Assembly (NCBI RefSeq): GCF_964355755.1
Contig: NC_092680.1
Span: 992,001 to 1,056,000 of the forward strand
Source of the DNA: Antedon mediterranea
Taxonomy: Eukaryota > Animalia > Echinodermata
Reading direction: 5' to 3'
Length of the DNA: 64,000 nt
The notes under the pieces were generated by a model. That model did no database searches and was not told the DNA's origin. It worked only from the letters and a program-made list of their open reading frames with translations. Below are positions 37,701-51,049 of this stretch, piece by piece. The position numbers and the translations under genes were made by a program. Position 1 is the stretch's first letter. Each line of letters opens with the position of its first letter.

Positions 37701-40700
37701 TGTTACATCTACAGTAATATAATGCACTCATGTCCTCTGCTACAAAGGGTTTGATTTAGAGTGTTACAGCTACAGTAATATAATGCACTCATGTCCTCTG
37801 CTACAAAGGGTTTGATTTAGAGTGTTACATCTACAGTAATATAATGCACTCATGTCCTCTGCTACAAAGGGTTTGATTTAGAGTGTTACATCTACAGTAA
37901 TATAATGCACTCATGTCCTCTGCTACAAAGGGTTTGATTTAGAGTGTTACAGCTACAGTAATATAATGCACTCATGTCCTCTGCTACAAAGGGTTTGATT
38001 TAGAGTGTTACAGCTACAGTAATATAATGCACTCATGTCCTCTGCTACAAAGGGTTTGATTTAGAGTGTTACAGCTACAGTAATATAATGCACTCATGTC
38101 CTCTGCTACAAAGGGTTTGATTTAGAGTGTTACAGCTACAGTAATATAATGCACTCATGTCCTCTGCTACAAAGGGTTTGATTTAGAGTGTTACAGCTAC
38201 AGTAAGAATAACAGTGTCAACAGCAAAAATGAACTTTAATTAAATCTATTTGTAAATGGTTGTAATTTTCAGGCTTTCTAAATGAATTAGCATCCTACAG
38301 TATTTCTTGTTTTAAGAATAAGCTACTACTATGGCATAGGATTGTGCAAATATTTTACAAAAATGACATTGCTAAAAACACAAACATTAGAACTGTACAT
38401 TTATTCATAACCATTATTATTTTATTATTTATTTATTCTTCTCTTGAATTATGATTTTCCGGCCTTTGCTAGTTATTTTTTTTTTAAACTATAGACCATT
38501 TCAACTTTAAATCATGAATACGCACACGTTGAATTTGACAATTTGCATGTGTTTTACTTACTAGTTGAAAAAGTTAAAAAATATTGTCAAAATCATATTC
38601 TTAGTATGGCATGTATAATTTCACATTGTTTTATCTAAAACGTAGTACAGTACTGTTTTTCTATGTTATTTCTATTCTTATATTTAAAATGTTTTTATTT
38701 GTCGTCCATATCTCTTCCTACTAATTGTGTCATCGTCTGGCTTTACCTCTTCCTGTTTACTGCCCTCTTTTGACCATATTTATAACCGTGTCAGACTTAT
38801 AGAGACTGTACATTATAACTTTTTATACTCACTACTTAAACAATCTAATTTACCAATTATCAGTATCATTGCGAATTAAAACGAAAACTTAAAAAGACCT
38901 AATAATTTATTTTTTAATAATTTACAAATTTTTTTATATAAAACTTTATATAATTTGATAATCTATAACTTGCAATATTTATTAATAAAAATTATATTAA
39001 AATTAAGAACTTTATTTATTTATTTATTCAGGCTTATTGTATACATTAGTGCATTATGATAAAGAGCCACAACCGCTTAACAGCAGTAAAAGTAAGGTGG
39101 CAAAAAAAATGTGATTTTTTTAAAAATTACTGGTATTTTTCTTATTTTATATTATTTCTATTGGATACTAAATGTTGTCATAACCTATTATAGGTTAGTA
39201 GAATATTCTGATAAATATTTAATATAGCAAATTGGCATTTGATCAACGTTTGTACTACCTCCATGGTACTAGTGACCTACTGTTGTTAGTGTAAAGGTAA
39301 TGTAGGCTGGCTGTCTATAAAAGAGATCAATCACAATATATTATGAAATAAGACCTACCACTGTCATGCATTAACTGCTGTAGTGTGCTGTTGACTAGCA
39401 TCATATTGCACACAGCATCAAGCAAGAGAAGGAACGAATAATTTTGTCCTCATCATATAATAACTGTATAGTACTCAACTATTTTGGAAAATGTTTTGGT
39501 TGTTTCGTAAAAGACAAGGAGGTAAGGTGTAAAGTTGGTTTAGAATTTGCTGCGTTGCTTCTTAAAGTAGAACAGTGCTGTTGGCCAACAAATTAAATAA
39601 TTTTAATTGAATTATGGCAATTGTATGTATGGTCACAGTGCACTCACAGCACAGCATTAGATCTATAGAAAGTTAGACCATGCCAATATAGAGATTTTTA
39701 TAACTCTAAGGAAAACTACAATTACGACACACATTTCTAATTTTGCAGTTGATATAGAAAGTAGTACACCATACTAAGTTCATTTAAATTTTGTTGAACC
39801 ATTATACTGTACTGTATATTACTTTAGATTTACAATTTTAATCGTGGATACAGTATGATGATAGGTAAGCTATAGGGGAGAAATCACTGCTCTACCATCT
39901 ATATCAGTTGGGTTGGCAGATATGCTGATGCAGATGGCTTAATTTATCGGCAAACCAGATAACCTTTAATTGCTTTGGTTTACGCCATATTACATGCTCA
40001 ATTTAAGGCATTAACGTGGGTGTGTGTGCTGGATGTAAAATAAACTTTCACTTGAATTTGGTTTAATATATCATGCTACAGTAGGTCTATATTCCTCTAT
40101 ATGTTGATATACTATAACATGATGGAGTAGTGTAATCTGCATACATAAATATGTTTCCTTGAAGTGTTTTATCATAGTATTTTATTTTATTTTATTTTTT
40201 TTTTTTTATATTATTTTATTTAGTAACTGTAATTATAAAAAAAAACTCTTTATTTTCATATATACATAAATATGTTTCCTTGAAGTGTTTTATCATAGTA
40301 TTTTATTTTATTTTATTTTATTTTTTTTATATTATTTTATTTAGTAACTGTAATTATAAAAAAAAACTTTTTATTTTCGCATCATAATTCATACAATTAT
40401 CTTCACCATGGTCATTTTGTGCTTCCACTTAGAACAAGTACAGTAAGACTGTATGACTGTGTAACTGTAACACTCACTATTTCTATTTCCTTTACATCTA
40501 CTAAATGTACAGCAGTATGCTTTTTTGCCCTTCCTAATTAAATTAGGAGATATATTTGATTTATTATTAACATACTGTTCAATACTATAATTAGAAATTA
40601 ATAGTAATCTTATTTATTAACTCCATGCATTTAGGTACAGTAACTAATTGTTACTGTTAGGCTTCCATTCTCTTCCAATTGTTATTCAAACTTCAATGTG

Positions 40701-43700
40701 CAGTATGTTGTTGATCTTTTTTACAAAATAATTTTACAGTACAGTATGATTATTATTTCTTATGTAATTAAGTATATAGAAAATCTTGATTTAAATTCAT
40801 TTTCGTTTTAGATTAGTAGTATATAATAGATTTGGTTTTAAAGAAATTCTATATTTTAAATTTAATGAATGAATTTGTTATGAACGGTTATTTCCTATAA
40901 AGTGTAAGATAAACAAACCGGTTTATTTTTATATTTTATGAAGTGGAATGAACCAGTAATATTAAACTGTACTGTATTATTATTACATGTTTTTGTCATA
41001 ACAAATCAAGTGATATAATTCACGTAACAGGGTTGTAGCTAGAGAAGAATGTACTGTACACTGTACAGTAGTAGGGTGGTGGTTGTCAATCATTTGTGTG
41101 TAGAGATAGTATGATCATAAAACAGTAATTTTTGGTAGGTATCCAAGGGTATCTTGGAGTGGAATTAGGACATTAAAAGGCATTGAATTAAACTTAGGCT
41201 TGGTGAGACAATCCCTATTCAGGGGACACCTATTCATGTGAAATGAACAAAGGGTATATAAAATATATTTTATCACATTGCGCTATTTAGTGGACATCCT
41301 TATTAAGGGTAAACTTTGTTGGGCCCAAAGGTTCTACTGTGATTTCTATCTGGTGAATTTGTATGCTTTATCCTATGTGGTAAAACCAATGCTGTGAAGT
41401 ATTGTTTGCCAAGCAGTGTATTTACTATTTTTAGAGACAAACATTCCATTCAATCTTTAAGTTGTATATCTTGAGTATGGTATGTTGGCTTACCTATCTC
41501 AATAGTTATATTGGTCATCAATTTGGAAGCTGCGGCATGTACATGTAAATTTTGTATCTAGACATTACATCTGATAAATATTGTACAGTAGTAATAAGTA
41601 TTCTTTTAATATTCTGTGATTATTCATTGATTTGATATTGTGTTAACTTTTATGTATGTTTTTTGTTGCACCTTCACATGTTGAAGTGTGCCACTGATAC
41701 AAACTATTATTATCATTTATGTTAGGGAGCTTTTGAATTTGTGACGACTGAAAATCAGACGTCAACCAATGTCCAGCCTACTCCCTAAAAATATTTGTAA
41801 CAAAACAAGATTTAATAAAAATAAGATATTAATAAAGATATAAATAAATTCTAGTAATGAAATATAAAATACATTTTTTTCTTGCTATATTTTTGGCAGG
41901 TGGGGCTGGAGGAGATGGTACACAAGCTGGAACAACACAAGTAGAAATCAATCACTTGTCGGATAAAGATAAAGTTGATCAAGTGGAAGGAGACGACACA
42001 CAGTCTGACCCTCCAGCAAAACCCCCTCTAGATCCATCATTCAAAGGGGTGAAGCAGAGCTCCCCTCCCCCACTACCAGAGAAAAAGGGTACAGATGAAA
42101 ATGCAGCGTTACCTGTTCTACCTCCAAAGAAAGGTGGGTTAAAATCGTCACCGGCGTTACCGCCTAAACTGAATAAGAAAACTGACTCACCTCCTCTTCC
42201 GCCCAAGATGGGTAAAGGTATGGCATGAACTAACTTTCTAACATTACTAATCATTAACATTTAGATATGAAATTAATATTTTATAACTCAGATGAGGTTT
42301 GGCAGTCAGATATGCGAAACCTGATAGTGTTTATTGGATACTACTTTCTACTACATGGATTCAGTGGATTGGTAACCAAAACAGCAGGTTCTGCGAGACT
42401 GATATTTACTTACAGTAATGTTCTTTAGAAATTGAGGTCTACTTCTTATCCAATATGTATTAGCCCATTTTGTGGTATTCTTTTGTTTGTTGGACTAGCA
42501 GGAACAGCTGATTCACAGACAATGTGTTGATGACAGATCCAGTGAGTGATGAGCCATCTTGTTTCTGAATCTTGTGAATAAAATCATTTGGTTACTAATA
42601 ATAAGAGTAAAAACTGATAAAAATAACGCCAAATCAGCTTGTAAAATACAATAGTTTTGATTGCCCCTTGATAACGTTGTTTGCATGTTTTACTTACATT
42701 ATTAACATCTTACTAACTGACTAACTTACCAAATATTAGATGAATAGATATTAATAACATCGGTTTCTTTATCGTTATCTTATTTCTTTTACAATGTTGT
42801 TGAATTGCTTGTGTTTGTATTACAGCATTTAACAATGGCAATCTGTCCTTCAACATGGAAACACCAAATAGGGGCATAGGATTTAGTGGGTGAGTACATA
42901 TGCAATAAGGTATCATTATTTTTGTGGCTGTATTCACTATTCACACTTAAGCTAAAAAGAAATCTATCTAAAAGAATACAATTTAAGTGATACTTAACTT
43001 AACTATTAACTTAACTTAACTATTAACTTAACTATTAACTTAACTTAACTATTTAATTGAAATATCTCACTTTCATTCATAGTTGTTTATTGACATTATT
43101 ATCTCATTTATGACCCAGATGTCAATGCCCTGGCATGAACTGTAACCAGCATTTTTATGAATGTTAGATTAGAAGATGGCATCTAAGGTTGATAAAAATG
43201 TTGTCTCAAATCCTCTTAGGCTAACACCAGTGGTGTCTTGGTCAACACGGACTCTGGTACATCCTACAATAATAATTAGACAATGACTAATAATGACTAC
43301 AATATCTTGCATACAAATTATATATATTATTAATCAATCATTTAATATTTAGACTTAATCTTTATTATTCATCTTTTGTAGAGATACCGTAATTACACAA
43401 AGTGCACAGTGTAATGGGGACATACACAATAATGACAGTGACCTCAGTGATTATGAGAATAACAGGAATGACGACGATGATGATGATGATTCTGATGATG
43501 ATGCAAGTTACAATAGTAAGTGCTGCTCAAAGAAATATTACACTTACAATCAGTTTTTACATAGTCATTATAGATTCGTCCCTACCTGGTTAAGCTTTGT
43601 CTACACTATCAATCTAGTTTGAAAAAAAGAAGTGTGATGTGCCCAAATATGGTGGTGATATGCCCAGATATGGTAGTGGTATGACATCAACGTGTCCATA

Positions 43701-46650
43701 TATGGACATATCACATTTTTTTGTCACATAAAGTGTGATAGAGAGAGAGATTTGGTATCACTTTGCTGTTGATAGGCTGACACTAATGTAAAGCTCAAAC
43801 TTTATGTAACAAAAAAATGTGATATGCCCATATATGGACATGATTTCATACCACTACCAAATTTGGGCATATCACTACCATATTTGGGCATATCACTAGT
43901 TTGATAGTGTAGACAAAGCTTTATAATAACTTTAACATTTGAAACCCATGACTTTACAATTAGAAAATAATAGTCATTATTCTTGATTGATTTCTTAAGT
44001 GAAAGTTATAATAATAATAATTAAAATGAAAACTGATCAGCTTTTATTTTGCCATTAGTGATTTCATTGTCATCACCCGATTGGTTGACTATGGATAGCT
44101 AGCTTTTTGTATCCTATTAGTGATTGCATTGAGTTAGTATCGTCAATTTATGTACCAACTTTTAAGAAGTAATTTGAAATGAATTTTAAGCAAATATATT
44201 CTCATTATTATTGCATTGTTTCCCCACAAATTTTGCTATTAAAACAACTCACTATTTTGTAGTATCTAGATAACTGTTGTAATTTTTAGTATCTAAAATG
44301 TATTTATTTTTTACATTCTATTTTCCCACCATCCAACAGCAAATACATATGAGTGTTACATAATATTATTATTACAGAATAGGAAACCCATGCTTATAAG
44401 GCTAACTGTGGGTAGTAGTGCTCCATTGGCCTGGAACTACAACATGATTTGAACAACTGCCCCTGCTAACAGGTCAATCACCAGCGCCACTTCTTAATAC
44501 ATATTTTATCATTATTACAGAAAGCTTTGCTGCAAAGGTAAAACGTAATGATAGTTTAGCCTTTAAATTGAATAACCGACCAGAGAAGACATCACTTGTT
44601 GACCGAAATATTATTCAAAATTCTTCCTACGATACTGATTTCAAAGCAAGAAGGGAAATTGTTGGTACAAGCCTGGTCAGGTAGATTTTATGTTTTTTGA
44701 CTTCATTGTAGTGAAAATTAGTATCTGTTGTAAATGCAGTTATGTAATTTAACAATAGATTAAACAAACGTGATCCATAAACATCAATAAAACCCAATCT
44801 GTAAGGTCTTCAAAATCATGTTTGCTTTTAATCTCATGAAATAAGCCATGTATTTTTCAAAATTAAATTAGTTGTTTTACTTTCATAGACGATTGAGCCA
44901 GCGACCTTCAAAGGAGGAGCTACAAGAAAGGAACATTTATAGAGGTAAGAATGAAACACAACAAATAATGCACAAGTCGGAGTAAATGCACAAACTTGTG
45001 CATCACGGAACAATTTTCATTTCCATTTTTGGGTAAGTGTCTAGCCTGGGAGCTAAGCCTACTGTGGCAAGCACCACTCGGTTCGACGACCAAATCACCG
45101 CCTAGCCTAGGCCTAGCAAAACAGTCGTGTACTAGAAAACAAATTTTGTACATTTGTTTTGTAATGTCTTTATGGGGCAGCAGTGCAGAAGACTGGTCCG
45201 TACTCGTATATCGTCAGCGCCTAGCAAGTTATTGAGTAACTAATATTGAATTTATTTTTTTTTAGTACCGAAAAGTGATGAAGAGAAACAAAAGGAAAAG
45301 GAAGAAACAAAGACTAAACTTGTTAGAAAGGTAAAGTAGGACATTTCTTTTTATTTGGAAATTATTTAAACATGCATTGTTTAAATAAAATACACATTAT
45401 ACAGTGTCGTATTATATGATATCAGCGCTTTGGTCTTGGTGAAAAGTGCTTTAACTATAATAATAATGATATTACTAATCTAGAGTATTACATTAATTTA
45501 ATACCATTTGTTCCATTTAAAGTTTGATACACACCTTAGGTAGATAAAGTTTAGATGTCTACCAATCAGTGCCTAACATTTTTTACTGAATTGCATATTT
45601 TAGTTGAGCTTTCGGCCAACAGTAGAGGAATTACGGAGACGAAACATCATTGGTTTCAACGAGTATGTAGAGGTAGTTGATGCTGCGGAGTATGATAGAC
45701 GAGCAGATAAACCATGGACAAAGTTAACACCACAAGATAAGGTGGGTACATTTACAACAGCACATTGTAATATAACCGCAATATTAATATTGATGCAAAC
45801 TGCTGTATTGCGTAATCACAAGTGGAAACTGACGCAACAGTGCTGCAAACATCGCAGGTTTGATTTCACGCAGGCAGAGGCAAATACAATTATTGGAAGG
45901 GCATTTTCTTACGTTGCATAGGTTGCCTTGCTAGTGGGAACCACTCTTTAAACCATAAAACATTATATTGTTGCTGTCGTGTGTTTAATGCGTTTCTAGC
46001 AATTGAGATGACAGTAAAGGAATAGTCTATTTGTGCCTAATTTACCTGGATAAACTAAAATAGGCCAGAGTTGCTTAACTTCAGCCTAATAATAATTTTT
46101 TCTACTTCAGGCAATGATTAGAAAAGAATTGAATGACTTTAAAAGTGAAGAAATGGCGGTCCATGCAGAAAGTCGCAAATTCACAAGGTATGGCAACTAG
46201 TTGAACTTACTTTAACAATGCCTGTCTAGTTTAAGCTAGTTTAAGCTAGTATCCAAAGAGTGAAGCTCTGTCTATACTATCAAACTTTATGTGACAAAAA
46301 ATGTGATGTTCCCATATATGGACATGATGTCATATCACCACCATATTTGGGCACATCACACTTTTTTGTCAAACTGGTTTGATAGTGTGGACAGAGCTTT
46401 AGATGGGTTGACAGTGGTTCTATGTCACTGTCATATGTGCTTGAGTTTTTGTATTCATGCTCTGTCAAGTCACAAGCATTTTGGTAACTGCCTACCACCA
46501 TATTACAAAAGCGGGACGGTATCTCTCAAATACAATAAATCATGTACTGAAAAGCAGAGTGATATTTGCCATCCTGCTGATATCAATATGGTTTTAAATT
46601 GTTTTATTAAATATAATTTATTTTTGTTTTTCAGATTTCATCGGCCTTGA
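28799..46650 (+). CDS. PHACTR: Phosphatase and actin regulator (PHACTR family; RPEL repeats and PP1-binding C-terminus)
   Basis: Exons 28799-28886 (tentative first), 33415-33627, 34099-34182, [39032-39091 cassette?], 41900-42217, 42826-42889, 43382-43515, 44521-44680, 44889-44944, 45266-45330, 45604-45741, 46111-46187, 46635-46650; phase-consistent. Motifs KPWKWRKRK, three RPEL repeats ([48 protein letters not shown]), [29 protein letters not shown] and terminal TRFHRP*. Confidence 0.92.
32240..32440. repeat. 33 bp minisatellite, about 6 copies
   Basis: Unit TTTTAATGTATAATTCATACAGTATTTTAACTG; it explains the repetitive ORFs at 32141-32593. Confidence 0.95.
33179..33370 (+). mobile_element. 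tRNA-derived SINE; related core fragment at about 59525-59640
   Basis: Head GAGTGAGTGGTCGAGCGGTTAAGAC...GGTTTGAGGCTCACTCGCTC (A box, degenerate B box, pairing ends). The body TCTTC.CGGATAAGGAC...GAGTAGGGGG..ATCCCGG is shared with the Rab intron copy. Confidence 0.65.
35580..38204. repeat. 61 bp minisatellite, 43 near-identical copies, in a PHACTR intron
   Basis: Unit TAATATAATGCACTCATGTCCTCTGCTACAAAGGGTTTGATTTAGAGTGTTACA(G/T)CTACAG, head to tail with no spacers. Confidence 0.98.
40141..40380. repeat. Tandem duplication of about 120 bp
   Basis: ATACATAAATATGTTTCCTTGAAGTGTTTTATCATAGTA...AAAAAACT.TTTATTTTC occurs twice in tandem. Confidence 0.9.
43592..43920. mobile_element. Two oppositely oriented MITE family A copies (about 43592-43745 and 43790-43920)
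   Basis: AGCTTTGTCTACACTATCAA start and TTTGATAGTGTAGACAAAGCT end; the internal repeats are in opposite orientations. Confidence 0.8.
46264..46398. mobile_element. MITE family A, complete copy
   Basis: AGCTCTGTCTATACTATCAAAC...GTTTGATAGTGTGGACAGAGCT. Confidence 0.85.
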
Positions 46651-47769
46651 TTTCTCACTAAAAACATTTAAAGACATTTACAATGTTGATTGTCAAGCAT
46701 TGCACAGTGATCAAGGATTCTAACACTGTATCATATTTTGCTTCCATGGCTGACAGCGCCCTCGAGTGCGTGGACAGCTAAACTGTGGAGAGAGAAAAGC
46801 GAGAAGTGTGTGTTTGTGAGTTTTATTTAATGTGCATATAGTTTTATTAATATTCCAGTTGAATTTGTAAAGCAGTAATTTTTTATTTGGATAAAATGAA
46901 ATTAATTGGGGTTGTGGGGTTAGGTTTATCGTAGAGATATTATAGTTTACTAAGATATCTCTATGGGTTTATGAATACAATTAAATACCATTGAAAGGCT
47001 GTATACATTATTTTAATTAATTATTAGATGCCAATTTCACTATTGTTAACATTAACATAGTTAAGATTAGCAGAACAAAAGGAAATTAATATATAAGCCA
47101 TGCAATGTTAAAAAGATAATGATGATATAATATTTTCAATAATATATTCATCATCATTGGTGTAGAAGTAAATTGCCAATTTTGAAGTGTCATAAAAGTT
47201 ACCAACTTAGAAATATACATCCGCGCTGTGTACAAATTGCCAATTGATTGATTTTTACACTTTACACTACATAAAGAAAATGTTACTTTTCTGGACATTG
47301 CTATCAATACATAAATATTTACCTTAAGGCTTTAAGATTGTTACTGTACATTGTCACCAAATTTGCTTAGTTTTAAGACTCTTTACTGACTTGAAATTCA
47401 GTTTGTTTGTATATTTTGACTTTATGGGGGAAAACGAATGCTTTATATTTTTGAGCTTGATATAGTATAATAGTATTGTTTTCTTTGTCCTTTACTGTAC
47501 AAAAAGCTATTCCACCAGTCTCTGTTCAGTGTATAGTCATTTTTGCAATCTGCACCAGGAGCCTCAATTTGTCATCATTTAGTTTAAGACTTGTTTTTGT
47601 CCCAAATGGCACGCTAACAACCAGTAAACCACCACACATTGCTGACTTGTTTGTCCCTGGTGGCACTTCATATTTTACCATAGACTTTTTACCATAGACT
47701 CACAATAATGTTTAAAACATAATGTTGTTCAAAGTTTTCAAATCATGAAATTATGTGGGTTGGCTGTTA

Positions 47770-47895
47770 AGCTCTGTTTACACTATCAAACTAGTTTGAC
47801 AAAAGAGTGTGATATGCCCAATTATGGTAGTGATATGACATCACCATGTCCATGTATGGGCACATCACATAAAGTGTGATAGTGTAGACAGAGCT
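47770..47895. mobile_element. MITE family A (PIF/Harbinger-like), complete copy with TTA target duplication
   Basis: TTA-AGCTCTGTTTACACTATCAAAC...GTGATAGTGTAGACAGAGCT-TTA. Further copies lie at about 55888-55972, 57707-57858 and 58528-58665. Confidence 0.85.
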
Positions 47896-49282
47896 TTAGT
47901 GAAATTTTGAGATTGGTGTCTGATTTGACTGTACATTCATATTCTATGGACTGAATTGTGAAACAGTGAATTAAAATTGGTATTGGGGAACAATAATAAT
48001 GTGTGAATGCGGACTGGTTGATTTAATAATGGTCTTTGTACAGACAATTGTAATTTACTGTAGAAGTAGTTATTTGAATAGAATAATTGGCAAAGTTTTA
48101 TTATAAATAAATATATATATATAATTATCAAATAGTCTTGTTATTGGCCAACTTAGTTGAACTTTTATACTGTAATTTTATCAGCGTGTACAGATCATTG
48201 CTAATTGTGTTTTATATGTGTAGTGATTATTAATGTGTTTCCTTATATTCCAAGTACTGTATAACCTTTGACCTACAACATGTTTAGGTTGACGTACAAC
48301 ATATGCCAATAGATTTGTGTGTAATAAATAATTTGATCAAGTTTTTACACTGTACTTTATTGGGTTTTTTTTCTACATGCTTTTTTTTATTGTTGTTAGT
48401 GATAATTATTTTTTTAAATTTCATTATCACTTTTCTGGTGAATGGTCAACAATAGTTCTATTATTATTTTATTTTTTTACTTCTATTACTGCATTTACAC
48501 AAATTGTATATTTTTATGTTCTTGTTCAAGTGGGCTTAAAATTGAATTTTATTTTATTAATTTTCTAATTGATTTGATATTCGATTACATTATCATTTTG
48601 TTGCTTTTATCATTAATGCTTTTGTTATCTACTTAAACAAATTAGGTTGCGTGTTATTAAAATATATATATGTAGATTCTTAATACATTATCAAGAATAC
48701 TATTTGCACTGGTTGCGGTGTCCACCGTGTTAGTAGTTTCCAGGGAAGTGATCGCAATGCAAGTGGGTTGATCAATGACAAGCGACACTTTGGATAATCC
48801 ACCGCTTGTGATTGGTCAAATTACTTGCGTTGCGCTTACATCCTTGCGTTGTGTCGTAATGGGAACCAAGCTTTACAATTAATATGCTCTGTATAATAAC
48901 ACTAAATATTCTAATTTTTAGTTTATTAATCTTTAATTTTCAAATTATTTGTGCAGTTGTAATGGAAACTTCTTACGTTATGTATTTCCATTTGTTTTTG
49001 TTTACACGTGTGCAGTTGTATGTGGACAATAATTTATGACACTAGATGTGTACACATTTTGATATATCTTGAACTAATTGCTCCAAAGATAACAAGTGAA
49101 ATAAAAGGCATATTTTTGTTGTTTGCGATAAGGTAGTACTTATTTCTCTTTGTATATTATGATGATTAAATAATCCTGGTCTTAACAATTTTTGTTTCAT
49201 TCTGTTGTAACAGATTCTATAATTTCTACAGTATCATAGGCAAATTCTTTGATACAATGTCACATATGGTATCATCATCTTA

Positions 49283-50965
49283 TAGAGCCATAGTAACTAG
49301 TTATGTCAAAAATTAAAAGGTCAAAATTTGGCCATTTTCTGAAAATTTCCCTGTACTATAGTAGGCCTACAGGGATTTTTTTTTGAAAAATGGCAAAATT
49401 TTTCACTTTTTAAAATTCAATAACTATGCGATAATATTGCCATATATGCACTATAGTACAGGGAAATTTTTGAAAAATGGCCGATTTTCGACCCTTTTAT
49501 TTTTTGACATAAATGGTTACTATTGCATAATAAACATGCGCAGCGGCGAATAATGGGTTCTGCGCATTTTAATTGTGCTATAGTAACCAGTTTTATCAAA
49601 AAATTAAAAGGTAGAAAATTGGTCATTTTTTTGAAAAAATCCCTGTACTATAGTAGGCCTACAGGGATTTTTTTTTGAAAAATGGCAAAATTTTTCACTT
49701 TTTAAAATTCAATAACTATGCGATAATATTGCCATATATGCACTATAGTACAGGGAAATTTTCGAAAAATTGTCGATTTTCGACCCTTTTATTTTTTGAC
49801 ATAAATGGTTACTATTGCATAATAAACATGCGCAGTGGCGAATAATGGGTTCTGCACATGTCAATTGTGCTATAGTAACCAGTTTTGATATAAATGGTTA
49901 CTATAGCATAATAAACATGTGCAGAGGCGACTAATGGGTTCTGCGCATGTTATTTGTGCTATAGTAACCAGTTTTATCGAAAAATAAAAAGGTCGAAAAT
50001 TTGCCATTTTTTGATAAATCCATGTACTATAGTACAGGGAAATTTTCGAAAAATTGCCGATTTTCGACCCTTTTATTTTTTGACATAAATGGTTACTATT
50101 GCATAATAAACATGCGCAGTGGCGAATAATGGGTTCTGCACATGTCAATTGTGCTATCATAACCATATTTGACATAAATGGTTACTATAGCACAATTGAC
50201 ATGCGCAGAACCCATTATTCGACTCTGCGCATGTTTATTATGCTATAGTAACCATTTATGTCAAAAGTGGTTACTTTTGACATAAATGGTTACTATAGCA
50301 TAATAAACATGCGCAGGGGCGAATAATGGGTTCTGCGCATGTCAATTGTGCTATCGTAACCAGTTTTATCGAAAAATAAAAAGGTCGAAAATTTGCACTT
50401 TTTTGGAAAAATCCCTGTACTATAGTACAGGGAAATTTTCGAAAAATGGTCGATTTTCGACCCTTTTATTTTTTGACATAAATGGTTACTATTGCATAAT
50501 AAACATGCGCAGAAAATGATATCTGAATATACCACAAGGTGTATCATTCCCTAAATAGCCCAAAAAGCTAAAAAAAAGTGATTTTTGAAAAATGTGTCAG
50601 TTGAGTCGTTCTTTCATGACAGGGCAGAATAGTACAGGGAGTTTTTCGAAAAATGTTCACTTTTTTAAATTCAATAATTATGCGATAATATTGCCATATA
50701 TTGTGTTATCATCTTATATTGCCATAGTAACTAGTTATGGCCAAAAATAAAAGGTTCAAAATTTGGCAATTTTTCAAAAATTTCCCTGTACTATAGTACA
50801 GGTTTTTTTTTGGAAAAATGGGCAAAATTTTCACTTTTTAAATTGAATAATTATGCGATAATATTGCCATATATGCACATATATTGTGTTATAATTATCT
50901 TATAGTCATAGTAACTAGTTATGTCAAAAAATAAAAGGGTCGAAATTTGTGCATTTTTCGAAAAT
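49283..50965. repeat. Complex satellite/foldback region of shuffled palindromic modules
   Basis: Recurrent modules CCCTGTACTATAGTACAGGG, TGACATAAATGGTTACTAT and CATGCGCAG..GCGAATAATGGGTTCTGCGCATG; a ~293 bp-spaced direct repeat (49348 vs 49641); one inverted module at about 50170-50263. Confidence 0.85.
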
Positions 50966-51049
50966 TTATGTCAAAATGCTAGAGGTATACATTTTCTACA
51001 AGAAAAAAACAATTCTATAATAATACAGATATTTGTATTTATTAGGGAG

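Noticed and set aside
35580-38204. CRISPR-like array
   Set aside because: Units are head to tail with no unique spacers, there are no cas genes, and the context is a eukaryotic intron.
42520-42570. C/D box snoRNA-like motifs (TGATGA...CTGA) in a PHACTR intron
   Set aside because: The span is only about 45 nt, with no terminal stem or recognisable guide.
43402-43593. Met-rich ORF in the track
   Set aside because: Wrong frame; the real PHACTR exon 43382-43515 encodes an Asp-rich stretch.
49417-50547. Cys-rich similar ORFs (CACLLCNSNHLCQK) resembling a zinc-finger gene cluster
   Set aside because: They are translations of the palindromic satellite modules and have no splice or start context.
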